DNA from: a virus
Lineage: Duplodnaviria; Caudoviricetes
Virus record (IMG/VR): IMGVR_UViG_2935124990_000001
Span: 1-64,000 of that record
DNA length: 64,000 nucleotides
Reading direction: 5' to 3' (one strand)
The translations under genes and the position numbers were made by a program. Shown one piece after another: positions 45,167-56,400 of the stretch; positions within the stretch are counted from its first letter, which is position 1, and every line of letters starts with the position of its first letter. The notes under the pieces were generated by a model. The model was not told the origin of the DNA. It saw only the letters and a list, made by a program, of their open reading frames with translations, and ran no database searches.

Positions 45167-45372
45167 GCCGATCTCCCCTCTATGGATGCGCGGAAGCGCG
45201 CTGCGAAGTGGTTCTCTTGCCGGGCGCGCCGTAGCGCCCCGGCGGCCTCGGTCACGGCGGGCTGCCGGTCCTCGGCTTCCTTGCGTGCCGCCTCGGCCCG
45301 TCGCAGCGCGGACTCGGCGGCCTTCTGCCCGTCGGAGGTGGACGGCCAGCGCAAGCGCTTGAACCACTTCAC
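45163..45372 (-). CDS. Small lysis-region protein
   Basis: RQENHFA motif; coupled. Confidence 0.65.
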   Translation of the reverse strand: MKWFKRLRWPSTSDGQKAAESALRRAEAARKEAEDRQPAVTEAAGALRRARQENHFAARFRASIEGRSA

Positions 45373-45659
45373 CGGGCGTCCACCTCCGAATCCTCCTCAA
45401 GCCCCATGCGCGGCAGCGCCTGCAGCGCATGCGCCGACGTGCGGGACAGTTCCAGTAGTTCCTTGGTCTGGTCGCGCTCCGACGTCCGTGCAGCCTCGGA
45501 CACGGTGTGCGCTTCCCTCCAGGTGTCGCGCTCTTTCAGCAGGTCGTCGTAGGTCCTGCGGGGCACCAGGCGCCCGGTGAGGACCATGAGAACGACGAGG
45601 GTGAGGAGAGCGACTGCCCCGCCTTGGGCGATGTCGATGCCCATCAGGTCGGCGGTCAC
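45369..45659 (-). CDS. Single-TM lysis-region protein
   Basis: TM segment followed by GRLVPRRT..ERDTWREA. Confidence 0.7.
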   Translation of the reverse strand: MTADLMGIDIAQGGAVALLTLVVLMVLTGRLVPRRTYDDLLKERDTWREAHTVSEAARTSERDQTKELLELSRTSAHALQALPRMGLEEDSEVDAR

Positions 45660-45697
45660 GGGCGGCCCCCTCTAGGTGTCTGCACGGGTGGGTCTGC

Positions 45698-46066
45698 TCA
45701 GGGCGCGGTGACGGTCCTGGGCGGGCTGGCGGCAACGGGTGCGGTGACCTGGGTGCGATCCCACATGGCGACGACAGCGGCGGCGACCGACAGGACAACA
45801 GCCTGCTGCTCGGCGGACCAGTCGAGGCCGAAGCCGACCGCCAAGGCGATGGCAGCCTGTATGAAGCCGAGGAGTGCGGCACCGACGCCGTCGCTGGCCA
45901 TGACGGCGAGTGCGACACCGACCGCGGCGGCGGCGGCGGCGTTGATGACGGCCTGCTGCTCGCCGGATACCTCGACGCCGAACGCGGCGACGAGCTTGGC
46001 GAGGACAGCGACGAGGCCGAGGAGTACAGCGGGCTCTCTGCCGAAGATCTTCACGGGGTTCTCCAT
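45698..46066 (-). CDS. Holin-like membrane protein
   Basis: FGREPA..RTQVTAP; four hydrophobic segments; directly after the endolysin. Confidence 0.75.
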   Translation of the reverse strand: MENPVKIFGREPAVLLGLVAVLAKLVAAFGVEVSGEQQAVINAAAAAAVGVALAVMASDGVGAALLGFIQAAIALAVGFGLDWSAEQQAVVLSVAAAVVAMWDRTQVTAPVAASPPRTVTAP

Positions 46067-46087
46067 GATGCGGTTAGGGGTGGGTGG

Positions 46088-47482
46088 TCAGGACTTGGGG
46101 ACGCGGAGCTTTTCCCAGGAGGACTCGCCGGGGATGCCATCGGCGTCCGCTCCGGAGTAGCCGAGCTTCCGCTGGAAGGCGGCGTAGGACGCCTTGTCGG
46201 CGTTGGTCCAGTTCGGACCGGGCCCGGATTTGTACTTGCCGCAGCCCTCGGCGACGAGCCGGCGGCCCATGGCGGTGATGATCGGGCTGTGGCGTCCGCC
46301 GTGGAAGAACGCAGCCCCGGGGAACGGCTCGTACTGCGGGGCGGACGGCTTCGGCGCGGCCGTGCCGGACATCTTGAGCTTCTGGCCGACGGCGATCTGG
46401 TTCGGGTCCTTGAGCCCGTTCAGCTTCGCCAGGGCGTCCGGCGTCGTCTTGTGCGCGGCCGCGATGCTGGTGAGCGTGTCGCCCTGCTTCACGGTGTACG
46501 TGCCCGTCGGCGTACTGCTGCCGGACCCGGTGCCACCGCCGCTGGAGGACGGCTTGCCCGGGACGATGCTGGTGTCGATCGCCCCCGGGTCCCAGTGGTC
46601 GTTGCCGGGAACCTGGGAATGCCCGTAGTGGCCGCCCTTCGACTGCCAGGTGGACCGGTTGCGGCCCGCCTTCGCCGCGGCGGCCGCCGACGCCGGGGGC
46701 TTTCCTGCCGGCCACGTGTCGGGGATCCCGTGGGCGCGCCCGGCGGCGAGGAGCTTCCGGAAGTTCGGCTTCTTCGCGGGGTCGAAGCCCTTGGTCCACG
46801 GGGAGGCGGCCTTGCCGAGGACCTCGACCTGGATGTTGACCTTGCCTTCGCGGTTCGTGCGGCGGGCGCCGTCGTTGCGGAGGGCGCGCCCGGACTTGGT
46901 GAGCGGGCCGAACTGGCCGAGCTCGTCCGTGATGGGGTCGTAGATGACCTGGGGTTCGGCGCCCACGCGGATGAGGTAGGCGGCGATCGATCGAAAGTAG
47001 TTCCCGCCGGCCGGGGATTCGGTGGTGTGCCAGGTGAAGCGGGGCGGGTTGCCGGGGGTGTCCATGGCGCCACCGATGGACTGGCCGCCGAAGCGAACCA
47101 CACCGTCGATGTACGCCGGGCCGTACGTCGGGCCGGACGCCCCGCGCGGCGGAAGAGCGTACGACTCCATGATGGTCTCGGTCAGAGATCTCGTGGCGTC
47201 ATCGGCGTATCCGCCCTTCGGGGCCGGGTCGGGTTCGTAGACGCGGTAGTCGGCGGCGTTCGTCGGTACGTACACGTCGAGGTCGCCGTCGTCCCGCAGC
47301 ACGCAGAACGCCCCGTCGAGCCGCGGGTGGTCCTTCACCCACCGCTCGGAGCCCGGAAGCTCGGCGATCGCACGGACCTCGTCGGCGTGGGCCTGGTCGA
47401 CGGTGCCGAGGTAGGTGGTGGTCGGGGTGAGGGTGCTGTCGCCGGGGTCGATGTGGTCGACCGCGACGTGGAAGGTGTTCAC
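46088..47482 (-). CDS. Endolysin: N-terminal unknown domain, amidase, LysM, peptidoglycan-binding domain
   Basis: WHTTE, IQVEV, HYGHSQVPGNDHWDPG; YTVKQGDTL LysM; ADGIPG. Confidence 0.9.
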   Translation of the reverse strand: MNTFHVAVDHIDPGDSTLTPTTTYLGTVDQAHADEVRAIAELPGSERWVKDHPRLDGAFCVLRDDGDLDVYVPTNAADYRVYEPDPAPKGGYADDATRSLTETIMESYALPPRGASGPTYGPAYIDGVVRFGGQSIGGAMDTPGNPPRFTWHTTESPAGGNYFRSIAAYLIRVGAEPQVIYDPITDELGQFGPLTKSGRALRNDGARRTNREGKVNIQVEVLGKAASPWTKGFDPAKKPNFRKLLAAGRAHGIPDTWPAGKPPASAAAAAKAGRNRSTWQSKGGHYGHSQVPGNDHWDPGAIDTSIVPGKPSSSGGGTGSGSSTPTGTYTVKQGDTLTSIAAAHKTTPDALAKLNGLKDPNQIAVGQKLKMSGTAAPKPSAPQYEPFPGAAFFHGGRHSPIITAMGRRLVAEGCGKYKSGPGPNWTNADKASYAAFQRKLGYSGADADGIPGESSWEKLRVPKS

Positions 47483-47522
47483 AGGAGGGCTCCGTCCAGG
47501 TGGCGAGATGCAGGGAGGTGGC

Positions 47523-47897
47523 TCATGCGGGCGGCAGTTCCAGGAACCCGGTGATCCAGAGATTTCCGGAGGTTGCGACGAGGGTTGCCGGGTCGACCGG
47601 GGTGGTTGAGGTGCCGGAGTGCAGGTAGATCCGGGACAGGGCCAGGCCAACTGATGCCCCGCACCGCAGGCCGCGAGCCGCGTACCACTCGTCCGGCGTG
47701 ACCTGCATCGACGACACCCGCACCGCCCCTACGGGGTGCTTGATCTCCAGGTGATCCGGATGCTGCACCACTGCGGTGACCCCGGACGGGGTGTGTGCAC
47801 TGTCGGCGATCAGTTCCCAGCCCGTGCCCCTGTTCCGGATGGCGCACGAGATCAGCGCCAGGCGGGCGGTTGCCGGGGTCAGGATGTGCGTGGCCAC
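47523..47897 (-). CDS. Hypothetical protein
   Basis: Coupled ORF in the late operon. Confidence 0.65.
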   Translation of the reverse strand: MATHILTPATARLALISCAIRNRGTGWELIADSAHTPSGVTAVVQHPDHLEIKHPVGAVRVSSMQVTPDEWYAARGLRCGASVGLALSRIYLHSGTSTTPVDPATLVATSGNLWITGFLELPPA

Positions 47898-47898
47898 T

Positions 47899-48723
47899 TC
47901 AGATGCTCCAGGAGTCGATACGGGGCTGGATGACGTCGGCCTGGGTACGGAGGGCCAGGTAGGTGGAGAGGCGGAGCCGGCCGTCGCCGTGGTCCCCCCA
48001 GGCGGTTCCGTGGGAGTTCCGGAACCGGAGGATGGTGTGGTCAGGCATGAGGGTGCCGTCGTCGAGGGCGACGGCTTCGAGGGCGGTGACGCACACTTCG
48101 TGGCCGCCCTCCAGAGGCGAGTCCGCCCACGCCGGGTCGGCGTCGATGAAGCCGTCCGGGTCCGGGCTGCTGAAAGCTGCGTGCCACGGCATTCCGAGGA
48201 GAACCGGCCCGGTCTGCAGGAGAGTGCATAGCTCTTCGGCGGTGGTGGCGTGCCCGTACTGGTCGATCAGGCCCCGGTTCCGTAGGGCCTTGGAGACGCC
48301 GAGGCCGGACGAGCCGACGTCCTGGGTGGGCCACGTGTGCTGAGACCACTGGTCGCAGGCGGTGGCATCCGCGTACAGGCCGATCGCGAAGTGCTGCGCC
48401 ATCGCCGCATCCGCCAGGTTGAGGGCGGCTGCGTGCGCCTGCTCGGGGGTGAGGAGGATCGACAGCAGGGCGGTCGCGGCGTTGCCGGTGCAGGACGCGA
48501 GTGCGTCGGCGTTCGACTCGAGTCCGTAGGCGTCTGCGGTGTGGATGCCCTGGGCGATCAGGTTGCGCTGGTCGAGGACGGGCAGGCGGGGCTCCCACGC
48601 GGTCGCGCGCAAAGGCTGACCGTCGTACGGGCGCCGGTAGGCCAGGCTCCGCGGGTCCAGAACCATTTGGCGGCCGAGCCCGGGGGCTGGGTCGTATGTG
48701 CGGATTGTGAGATCGGTGGGCAC
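47899..48723 (-). CDS. Papain-like (C1) cysteine peptidase
   Basis: VLDQ..SCTGNA, GGHEV, RNSHGTAWG. Confidence 0.8.
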   Translation of the reverse strand: MPTDLTIRTYDPAPGLGRQMVLDPRSLAYRRPYDGQPLRATAWEPRLPVLDQRNLIAQGIHTADAYGLESNADALASCTGNAATALLSILLTPEQAHAAALNLADAAMAQHFAIGLYADATACDQWSQHTWPTQDVGSSGLGVSKALRNRGLIDQYGHATTAEELCTLLQTGPVLLGMPWHAAFSSPDPDGFIDADPAWADSPLEGGHEVCVTALEAVALDDGTLMPDHTILRFRNSHGTAWGDHGDGRLRLSTYLALRTQADVIQPRIDSWSI

Positions 48724-48875
48724 CGTGCCCGTGCTCCTGCACTCCCCGCGCCCAGAGCAAGTGGTTGGCGTGCTGCGCCGGCCGGGGCCGGGTGGCAGTC
48801 CCTCGGGGATGGTGCGGGGCGGAGGGTCGCCCTATGGGTCAGCGTACGGGTGTACGGCCGGGTTGCTGCCCCTGG

Positions 48876-50486
48876 TCAGTCGAGGAAGTAGGAGTAGTTG
48901 TTGAGGCTGATGTAGCCGGATCCGGTGGAGAGGTAGCTGATGGCGCCGGAGGTGAGGTTGGTCAGGGTGATGGTGCCGTCGGGGTTGATGTTCAGGGCGC
49001 AGGAGCCGCCGGTGGTCCCGCCGACCCAGGCGGTCTGCTGCCACCAGGTGGTGGGCCGGTATGCGGCGGGGAGGGTGGCGATGGTGTTGCCGTTGGCGAT
49101 GGTGGTGGTGGCGGTTCGGCGCATGAGGTCACGAAGGACGATGCTGCCGTCGGGCATGAGGCGGAACCGTCCGGGACCGTAGTTGCCTCCGTATCCGGAC
49201 CATCCGGATGCTGGGGTGAGGGTGGACCAGTCCGAGTCGGTGAAGATGCGGCCCTGGATGTTGATTCCGGCCGGCCGGATGTACATCGACAGGTCGGAGG
49301 TGCTGTTCCGGGCTCGCAGCCTGATCTCGCTGCCCGACATGGTGACGTAGGTCCGGGGGCCCAGGAGACCTGTTCCGCCGGGGGCGCTTACCCCGTCTGC
49401 GCAGTACAGCTCGAGAGAGGACGTGCCTGTGGTTCCGTTGGCGGTGTAGCCGTATGCGCGGGAAGCGCCGGATTCGCTGTTGTACGGGTTGGGGTTGGCG
49501 TCGACAGAGAAGCTTCCACCGCGAATGCCGGGCTGGCTCGACAGGAGGCGCAGTTCGGAGTTGACGGGCTGCCCGCCGGGGCCGATGTTGGCCACGGACG
49601 GTGATCGGAGAGAGGCGTACGGGTAGGCGGATGAGTCGTCAGTGACCTGTGCCGACAGGACCCCGGGGGCCGTTTGGGCTGCGGCACCGGAGTGCAGCTC
49701 GACGGCCGGTACGGTCGACGCCGGATCGCTGGGGTCGGCCGCTTGGGGGTTGAGGACGATGCGCTGCCCGGAGGTTCCGGTTCGGACGATGCCTCCGGTG
49801 ACGACCGCACCGTTGACCTGCCCCCCGGTAATGATCTTCCCGGTGATGGCGTCGGCCCTGAGGGCGGTGGCGTCAACAGACCCAGCGGCCAGCTTCGGAG
49901 TCGTGACGGCGTTCGCGAAGACCTTCGGTGTGGTGACCGCCCCGTCGGCGATCAGCGTCTCGGTGATCTCCCCGATGCCGATCTCCCCGGCCACCGGCTT
50001 CGGTGTGTACGGGCCGACCTGCGCGGTGGCGGGCGACGCGCTGCCGGAGGTGTTGCGGGCCACGAGACGCACGTACTGAGGTGTGGTGGCGGGGATGTAG
50101 ACGATGCCGCCCTGTGCCGTCTCAATCGTCGCGACGAGAGACTCCGAGTCCGGGGTGAACCCGTCGGCGGGTGAGGCATGAACCTCGACGCGCGCCCAGT
50201 CCAGAGGGATGACTGCCCCGTTGGCGAACGTGCCGCCCCACCCTACGGAGATGCCACCGAGCGCCGGGGCAGCGGTGGGCGTGGCCGGGGCTGGTGGGGG
50301 TGCCCCGTTGACGATAGTGACCGCGGTGGTGCCGTCGCCCTGCTGGCCGACGATGCCCCGAAGCGAACCTGTTCCGTCCCTGACGAGGAGCGCGGTGTCG
50401 TCGAGGGCTGCGGAGGACAGGCGGGCGGAGCGCTGAAGCTCCTGTACCGCTTTCTCCAGCGCGGCGATCTTCAGTCCGATGTCCAT
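48876..50486 (-). CDS. Minor tail/receptor-binding protein
   Basis: FN3-like segment, IADGAVTTPK repeats, C-terminal fibre-tip (IATLPAAYRP). Confidence 0.8.
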   Translation of the reverse strand: MDIGLKIAALEKAVQELQRSARLSSAALDDTALLVRDGTGSLRGIVGQQGDGTTAVTIVNGAPPPAPATPTAAPALGGISVGWGGTFANGAVIPLDWARVEVHASPADGFTPDSESLVATIETAQGGIVYIPATTPQYVRLVARNTSGSASPATAQVGPYTPKPVAGEIGIGEITETLIADGAVTTPKVFANAVTTPKLAAGSVDATALRADAITGKIITGGQVNGAVVTGGIVRTGTSGQRIVLNPQAADPSDPASTVPAVELHSGAAAQTAPGVLSAQVTDDSSAYPYASLRSPSVANIGPGGQPVNSELRLLSSQPGIRGGSFSVDANPNPYNSESGASRAYGYTANGTTGTSSLELYCADGVSAPGGTGLLGPRTYVTMSGSEIRLRARNSTSDLSMYIRPAGINIQGRIFTDSDWSTLTPASGWSGYGGNYGPGRFRLMPDGSIVLRDLMRRTATTTIANGNTIATLPAAYRPTTWWQQTAWVGGTTGGSCALNINPDGTITLTNLTSGAISYLSTGSGYISLNNYSYFLD

Positions 50487-51586
50487 CAGATTCCTCCGTA
50501 CTTGTAGGTGTCGGCCGGCTTGAGGCCGATGACGGCCTGCGGGCCGCCCTCGGCGGCGGGGCGGATCGTCCACCCGGTGATGCGCCGCCACCCGGTGTAG
50601 TCCACCCACGGGTTGCGGACCCGGGTGTACACGTCATCGCCGACCTGCCAGCTACCGAACGGGGCGGAGCTGGTGTTGCGGATGGTGATCTGGTCGACCG
50701 ATCCGAGGACCATGCGCCGCGAGTGCTCGGCCGCGGTCAGCTTGGCGAGGGTGTCGTTGGTCTTGACCTGCGCGAAGTCCTGGGTGTGCTCCAGGCGCAG
50801 CCGGCCGTTGCGGACTGCGGATACCTGGCGCTTCCTCGCGGACCCGTCGCCGTCACCGAGGCCGACGACCACTTGGGCGTACTCGTCCCCGGAGAACGGG
50901 ACCTCCGGGTCGTCCAGGATGTTGACCCCGGACTCGAAGGTGATGTCGGTGCGGCGGGCGCCGAGACGTGGCCACCCCAGGCGGATGCGGCGCACCGGGG
51001 CGGTGCGTGCGGGGTTCCAGGCGGTGGTGCAGGTGTAGTCGGGGCTGGCCTCGGCGGACACCAGCTCGTCCACCATGTCCCCGAGCGGCTTCCCGTCCCA
51101 CCAGTAGCTGTTGAAGCGTTCGGCGGGGGTGCCGATCGTGGAAGTGGAGGTTGTCGCGTCAACGGCGACACCGAGGTCGCCGTCGGGGATGGACTGGGCG
51201 TAGGCCCAGATGTCGCGGACGACCTGGCACCGGTCCGTGTAGGTCCAGGGGCCGCGACCGCCGCACTGCCCGTCGAGGTCGAACCGCTTCATCAGGTACG
51301 ACGACCAGCCAGCCGCCTCGATCGTGAACTCGTTCCCTTTCGGCCGGGCGTCCCAGACGAGGCCGCCCCATCGGATCTGGTCATCGACCTCGACGTAGAT
51401 GAGGGTGGTGCCCGGGTCGAGGAGGGTGGGGCTCTGGGACACCAGGCGCGGGGACAGGGTTCCGGTCAGGCTGCCGGGGCCGTTGAGTTCGTCCCCGTAC
51501 TCCAGGTCCCCGACGGGCAGGGCATGGGACAGCCACTCTCCCGTCAGGGCGTGCTGGGTCAGGACCCGTGTGGGTGCGGGGCTCAC
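50486..51586 (-). CDS. Minor tail (hub/Tal-like) protein
   Basis: ELNGPGSL, WGGLVW, PRLGARR; position in tail operon. Confidence 0.75.
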   Translation of the reverse strand: MSPAPTRVLTQHALTGEWLSHALPVGDLEYGDELNGPGSLTGTLSPRLVSQSPTLLDPGTTLIYVEVDDQIRWGGLVWDARPKGNEFTIEAAGWSSYLMKRFDLDGQCGGRGPWTYTDRCQVVRDIWAYAQSIPDGDLGVAVDATTSTSTIGTPAERFNSYWWDGKPLGDMVDELVSAEASPDYTCTTAWNPARTAPVRRIRLGWPRLGARRTDITFESGVNILDDPEVPFSGDEYAQVVVGLGDGDGSARKRQVSAVRNGRLRLEHTQDFAQVKTNDTLAKLTAAEHSRRMVLGSVDQITIRNTSSAPFGSWQVGDDVYTRVRNPWVDYTGWRRITGWTIRPAAEGGPQAVIGLKPADTYKYGGI

Positions 51587-52518
51587 CGGGGGGCCTCGAA
51601 GAACTCGACGTCAGCCTTGAGGGTGGTGGAGGAGTCAACGGCGACGGTTCCGGTGTTCCCGGTTGTGCCGGTGGCTTGCGCGCGAAGGGTCTGGGTGGTG
51701 CCGCGGTAGGCGTCGGGGATGGTGAGGGTGTCGGCGACGAACACGGTTGCGCGCCGGATCGCGGTCTGGTTGTCGTCGAGGATGACGGGCTGCAAGGTCA
51801 GGGACGCGCCGAAGGTGGCCCGGAGGGCGCCGATGAACTGGGCGACGCTGTACTTGAGCTGGGCGATGTCGACGCTGATGACGGCGGTACTGGCCCACGT
51901 GGGGATGGGGATGCTCCAGCCGATAGCGGTGGAGAAGTTGGCGTAGGTGCCGTTGCTGTTGCTGATGCTGGTTGAGGTGCCGGAGGGTGACTGGATCCAC
52001 TGGCGGCGTTCGCGGCGGGGGTTCGCGATCTGCCGCAGGTCCTTGATCATGGCGTTGGTGATCGTGGACGTGGACGCCGGAATGTCAATCCGGGCGAGAG
52101 GGATGCCAGTGCGCCCGTCGGGGATCGTCGTGGCGGACGAGGACACGTTCGAGATGATCTGGAAGTAGTTGATCTGGTCGACGGCAGGGTTGAGGCTGCC
52201 CTCGTACTCGGGGTCCTCGACCCGCAGGATCAGCATGTCGGAGCGCGGCGACCCGCCCGTCGAGGAGATTCCCACGGTGGCCGACCCGATGTTGCACACC
52301 GAGTACGTGCCCTGGAACGCGGACACCCGCCCGCGAACCACCCCGGACCCGTCACCGACCTGGACGCTGGCACCGGGGGTGGAGAGCTGGGTGACCTTGA
52401 GGTCGGTGCCCTGGGTGATGCCCTCGGCACCGGACACCAGGTCACGGACCATCATGCGGAACTGCTGTGCGGAGTGGGTGGCGCCGTTCGTGAGGATCGG
52501 CACGGGGAAAAGGGCCAT
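51583..52518 (-). CDS. Minor tail protein
   Basis: PRSDMLILRVED..PLARIDIPA..IKDLR. Confidence 0.75.
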   Translation of the reverse strand: MALFPVPILTNGATHSAQQFRMMVRDLVSGAEGITQGTDLKVTQLSTPGASVQVGDGSGVVRGRVSAFQGTYSVCNIGSATVGISSTGGSPRSDMLILRVEDPEYEGSLNPAVDQINYFQIISNVSSSATTIPDGRTGIPLARIDIPASTSTITNAMIKDLRQIANPRRERRQWIQSPSGTSTSISNSNGTYANFSTAIGWSIPIPTWASTAVISVDIAQLKYSVAQFIGALRATFGASLTLQPVILDDNQTAIRRATVFVADTLTIPDAYRGTTQTLRAQATGTTGNTGTVAVDSSTTLKADVEFFEAPR

Positions 52519-52530
52519 GGTGTGCGCTCC

Positions 52531-53427
52531 TCAGAGGGCGGTGTAGGCGTCGCGCCAGGTCAGGCGGAGCCGGGACGTGTTGGTGTTGTCGAAGCCGGTC
52601 CACCGGAATTCGCTGGGGCCGGGCGGCAGGGAGAACAGGTCGATACGGGAAGCAGGGCTGAGCAGAGTGGAGGCGTTGCCGCCGTTCTCCCGGGTCACGG
52701 TGCGGTAGCCGGGGCGGGTGTCGATCTCCACCCACTGGCCGGCAGTCAGGTTGAGGGTGGGCAGGTCGAGGCGGCGCCCGGACGTGGAGTGAATGACGCT
52801 GACGTTGGCGACCGGGCCGGTGATCCGGATGACGGGCCAGGCGTGCCCGGTCCCGTTGTTGTGGGCCCAGCCCGGCCGGTCGGCGGCCGTGGTCCCGGAC
52901 TGCACGTAGATCGGGGCGACGATCGGGGCGGCGAACCCTCCGCCGGTGAGCCACCCGAGGGGGATCTCGGTGGTGGTCTCCTCGTCGGCGTAGAAACCCG
53001 GGTCGGTGGCGATGAACTCCAGGTCAAGGGGCACGTAGCCGTGAATGACCTGCTTGTACTCGGGCTCCTCCATGCGCAGCCGCCCATTCAGGCGCTTCAC
53101 AGGCCGACCCGGGCGCTTCAGGCGGAAGGGCATGGTGACGCCGCCGGCGAGCCGGACCGCAGGGTCGTCTGCGGCTGCCTGGAGGGCGGCCACCACGTCG
53201 TGGCAGGCGGCCGGGTCACCGGGGATACGGATTGCAGCGTCGATCTGCACCTGGCGGGCCGCGTAGTAGTCCGGGCCGGCGAACACTCCGTCCATGGACG
53301 GCTGGTCGACGTCGGCGTCGCGGACCGGCGGACGGCCGAGGCCGGTGGTCTCGATGACCTGGATGGGTGTTCCGGCGCCCATGAGGACGCCGCCGAGTTC
53401 GTACTGCCAGTCCTCAAGCGGTGGCAC
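52531..53427 (-). CDS. Distal tail protein (Dit-like)
   Basis: Follows tape measure; FIATDP, WPVIRITGP, LTWRDAY. Confidence 0.8.
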   Translation of the reverse strand: MPPLEDWQYELGGVLMGAGTPIQVIETTGLGRPPVRDADVDQPSMDGVFAGPDYYAARQVQIDAAIRIPGDPAACHDVVAALQAAADDPAVRLAGGVTMPFRLKRPGRPVKRLNGRLRMEEPEYKQVIHGYVPLDLEFIATDPGFYADEETTTEIPLGWLTGGGFAAPIVAPIYVQSGTTAADRPGWAHNNGTGHAWPVIRITGPVANVSVIHSTSGRRLDLPTLNLTAGQWVEIDTRPGYRTVTRENGGNASTLLSPASRIDLFSLPPGPSEFRWTGFDNTNTSRLRLTWRDAYTAL

Positions 53428-56400
53428 GGGCGTTCACCCCTCCCCTGCGAGCCCGGCGGACCTGGCGCCCGACCTGGGAAGCGATGTCCGATGCCGTTGC
53501 CCCGGTGCGGACGGTACTGACGGTGACGTTGGTGTCGCCGCCCTCGCGGACGATGACGAGGGGGCGGCTGCCGGAGACGTCCGTGAGGCCGACCCCGAAG
53601 CGCGCGGCGACGTCGCGGAGGACGTTCGTGGCGGGGCCCCGCTTGTTCGCACCGAGGGGGATGTACGCCTCGCCGCCGCTGGCAGGCTCGGCGAACGTCA
53701 CGGCGCCGCCGCGGGTGGAGTAGATGCCCTCCCGGATCCCGCCGTTCTCGTAAGACAACCCCTTGTTCGCCCGGGCGAGGTCGGCGATGAACTTCGACGC
53801 CCTCGAGCCGAGGGAAGACTTGATCTGCGACTGGGCCTTGGTGGCGGTGGCGATGATGACGTCCTCGCCAAGCCCGGTGGTGTCAGCGACGTTGTGGATG
53901 CCGGTCTTGTTCGTCTTGATCGCCGCGATGATGGCAATGAGCTGGTCGACCTCGTCGTTCGTGAGGGCGGTGTTCGCCTTCTTCACTGCGGTGTTCGCAC
54001 TGCCGGCCCTCTTGTTGTCCTTCACCGCGGCGGCGGCGAGCTGCTGTGCGGCGGTGTCGCCCTGGGCGGCGAGCTGTTTGGCGAGGTCCCCGTACCCGCG
54101 GGCCGCCAAAGTGGCAAGGTTCTTCGTGAACGCACTGTCGGCGCCGGTGGCCTTGTCGAGTTGCCGGGTGTAGTCCGTCAGCGACGCCTTCGCCGTTGCG
54201 GACAGGTTCCTGAGCGCGGCCGCCATCTCGTTGATGTACTTCGTCGACCCGTTCGCCATCTTCTTCGCGAGGGCCACACCGTCCTTGCCCATCGCAGCCA
54301 GGGCGTCAGCAACGTCACCACCGACCCGGTCGGCGACCTTCTCCAGGTCCGCGTTCCAGACCCGGGTGGCCTTGCTGTTGGCCTTGAGCTGCTTTTCGAC
54401 CGCAGCCAGGGAGAAGTACTCGACGTCCTTATTGGTGACCTTCCCCTTCTTGCCCTTGACCTTGACCTTCTTGGTCTTGTGCCCGGCCTGCCCGGCGTCG
54501 GTCGGCGAGTACAGGGAGCCGCTGTTCGGGTCGTACCGCCAGTCGGTGACGTTGCCCTCGGCGTTCCACTGGATCGTGTTGGGATCGCCGCCGAGGCGCC
54601 GGACGATCTCCTCGGTGATGGCACGGGAGCGGGGGCGTTTCGACGGGGCGAACGGGACGTACCCCTCCCCCATCGTCTCGGGCTCGGCCCACACCCGCAT
54701 GGCGCCGGCGGGGGCGATCTGCGCGATGTGGTTCTCGGACCCGGCGGCGAAGTGCTGGACGGCTCGGCCTCGGATCCCGCCGTTGGCGTAGGACGCGGCA
54801 ACGATGCCGCCGTCGGCGTAGTGGCCGGCCTTTCCAGGCCGCTTGGCTTCCCCGGTGTTGATGACGACGTGCCGGGTGGTGACGGTGGCGGTGCGGCCGT
54901 CGAGGTCAGCAAGGCGGGCGGCGACGTTACCGATGCCGCTGATGGCAGCACCTGTTGCCGCGGTGACGGTGACCTTGCCGTTCGGGAGGCGCTTGACCTT
55001 GTACCCGAACGCTTTCAGGGCTTCCTCGCCAGCCTTGGACAGCGTCTTGAGGGTGACGGACTTCGCCCCGGGGGACGCCTTGACCTTGGCATTGAAGGCG
55101 TTGAGGTCTGCGGTGGCGTCCTCCGTCCGCATCTTGACCTTGAAGTCTTTGCTGTCCGGGATGTCCAGGAGGGTCTTGGCGAGGGCCTCGGCTTGGGGCC
55201 TGGTGAGTCCCATGGCCTGGCCGGCCTTGATGATGGCCTGTTCGCCGCGCTGGTAGATCCCGTTGACGTACTCCCAGGAGCGGCCCTGTTCCCGGGCGGA
55301 GGCTGCCGCTTCGTCGGTCTTCGCCCCGAGGTCCTGGAGCGCGGTGGCGGCGGCCTGTGCCTTCGGGGAGTTCAGGTCCAGCTCGCCGTTGATCATCCTG
55401 AGTGATCCGGCGTTCTTCTTCGCGGCCTTGTCGGCGGCGTCGATGGCCGCCTCGAAGCCGATCATCCCGCCCAACGCGGCCCGGTTGACGTCGTTCAGCG
55501 CCTGGATCGCGCCGCGGAGTCCGTCCGCGCTGGCCTTCTGCGCGTCGAGCTTCGTCTTCACGTCCAGGGCCTGCTGCCCAAACAGGCCCATCCCGGCGAC
55601 CGCGAGCTCCTGCTCGGCCGCCGCCGCGGCGACAGCTGCCTGGTAGTCGGGGAAGAGAGCGGCGATCTCCTTGGTGGAGTACCCGGCCTTCTTCGCGGCT
55701 GCCTCGATCGTGCTGAAGTCGGCGGCGGCCTGCTTGCCGTACCCGGACTGGACCATGCCCGCCATGGCCTGGTCGAGGCCCTTGAAGTCGTCCTCCAGGG
55801 CGGTGAGCGACTTCTCGCCCTTGGTGAGGTCCTGCCAGAGGTCGTTGGCACCACTGCGCAGGTCATCAAGCGGTTTGATGCCGGAGTTCCCGAACGACTT
55901 GACGTAGTCCTCGTTCTCCTTCGCGGCGTCGCCGAGTTCGCCGATCTTCTTCACGAGGCCGTCGACGTCACCAAAGGTGCTCTTCAGCTCGCCGGTGAAC
56001 TTCCCGGTCTCGGCGAGCCGCTTGAGGCTGGTGGTGAGCCGGTCGATGTCCGGGGGTGCGCCGCGGGCGTTCTCTGCGAGCTTGGCGACGCCGATCGCTG
56101 CGACGGTGAGGACTCCGAGGCCGATCGACGCCTTGGTCATGGCGGTCATGCTGGCGGCGGTGGCCCGCAGGGTGGTGCTGACGCCGGCGGCACGCATGAT
56201 GGCGAAGTAGGCGCCGAGGCGGGCCACTGCGGCAGACCCGGTGACCGCGCCGAACGCGGCGGCGCCAAGGGTGATGAGCTTGAACCCGGCGTAGAGCTGC
56301 AGCAGTGTCGACAGGAAGCTGGTGGGGATCGCGTTGACGAGCTGGGCGAACACGTTGACGGCCGTGAGGACGCTGACGCCGACGTCGGACATGGCGACCA

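Noticed and set aside
42651-50486. Diversity-generating retroelement or tail-fibre shufflon
   Set aside because: No reverse transcriptase or TR/VR pair seen; the inverted site lies outside the fibre coding sequence and no alternative C-terminus is visible
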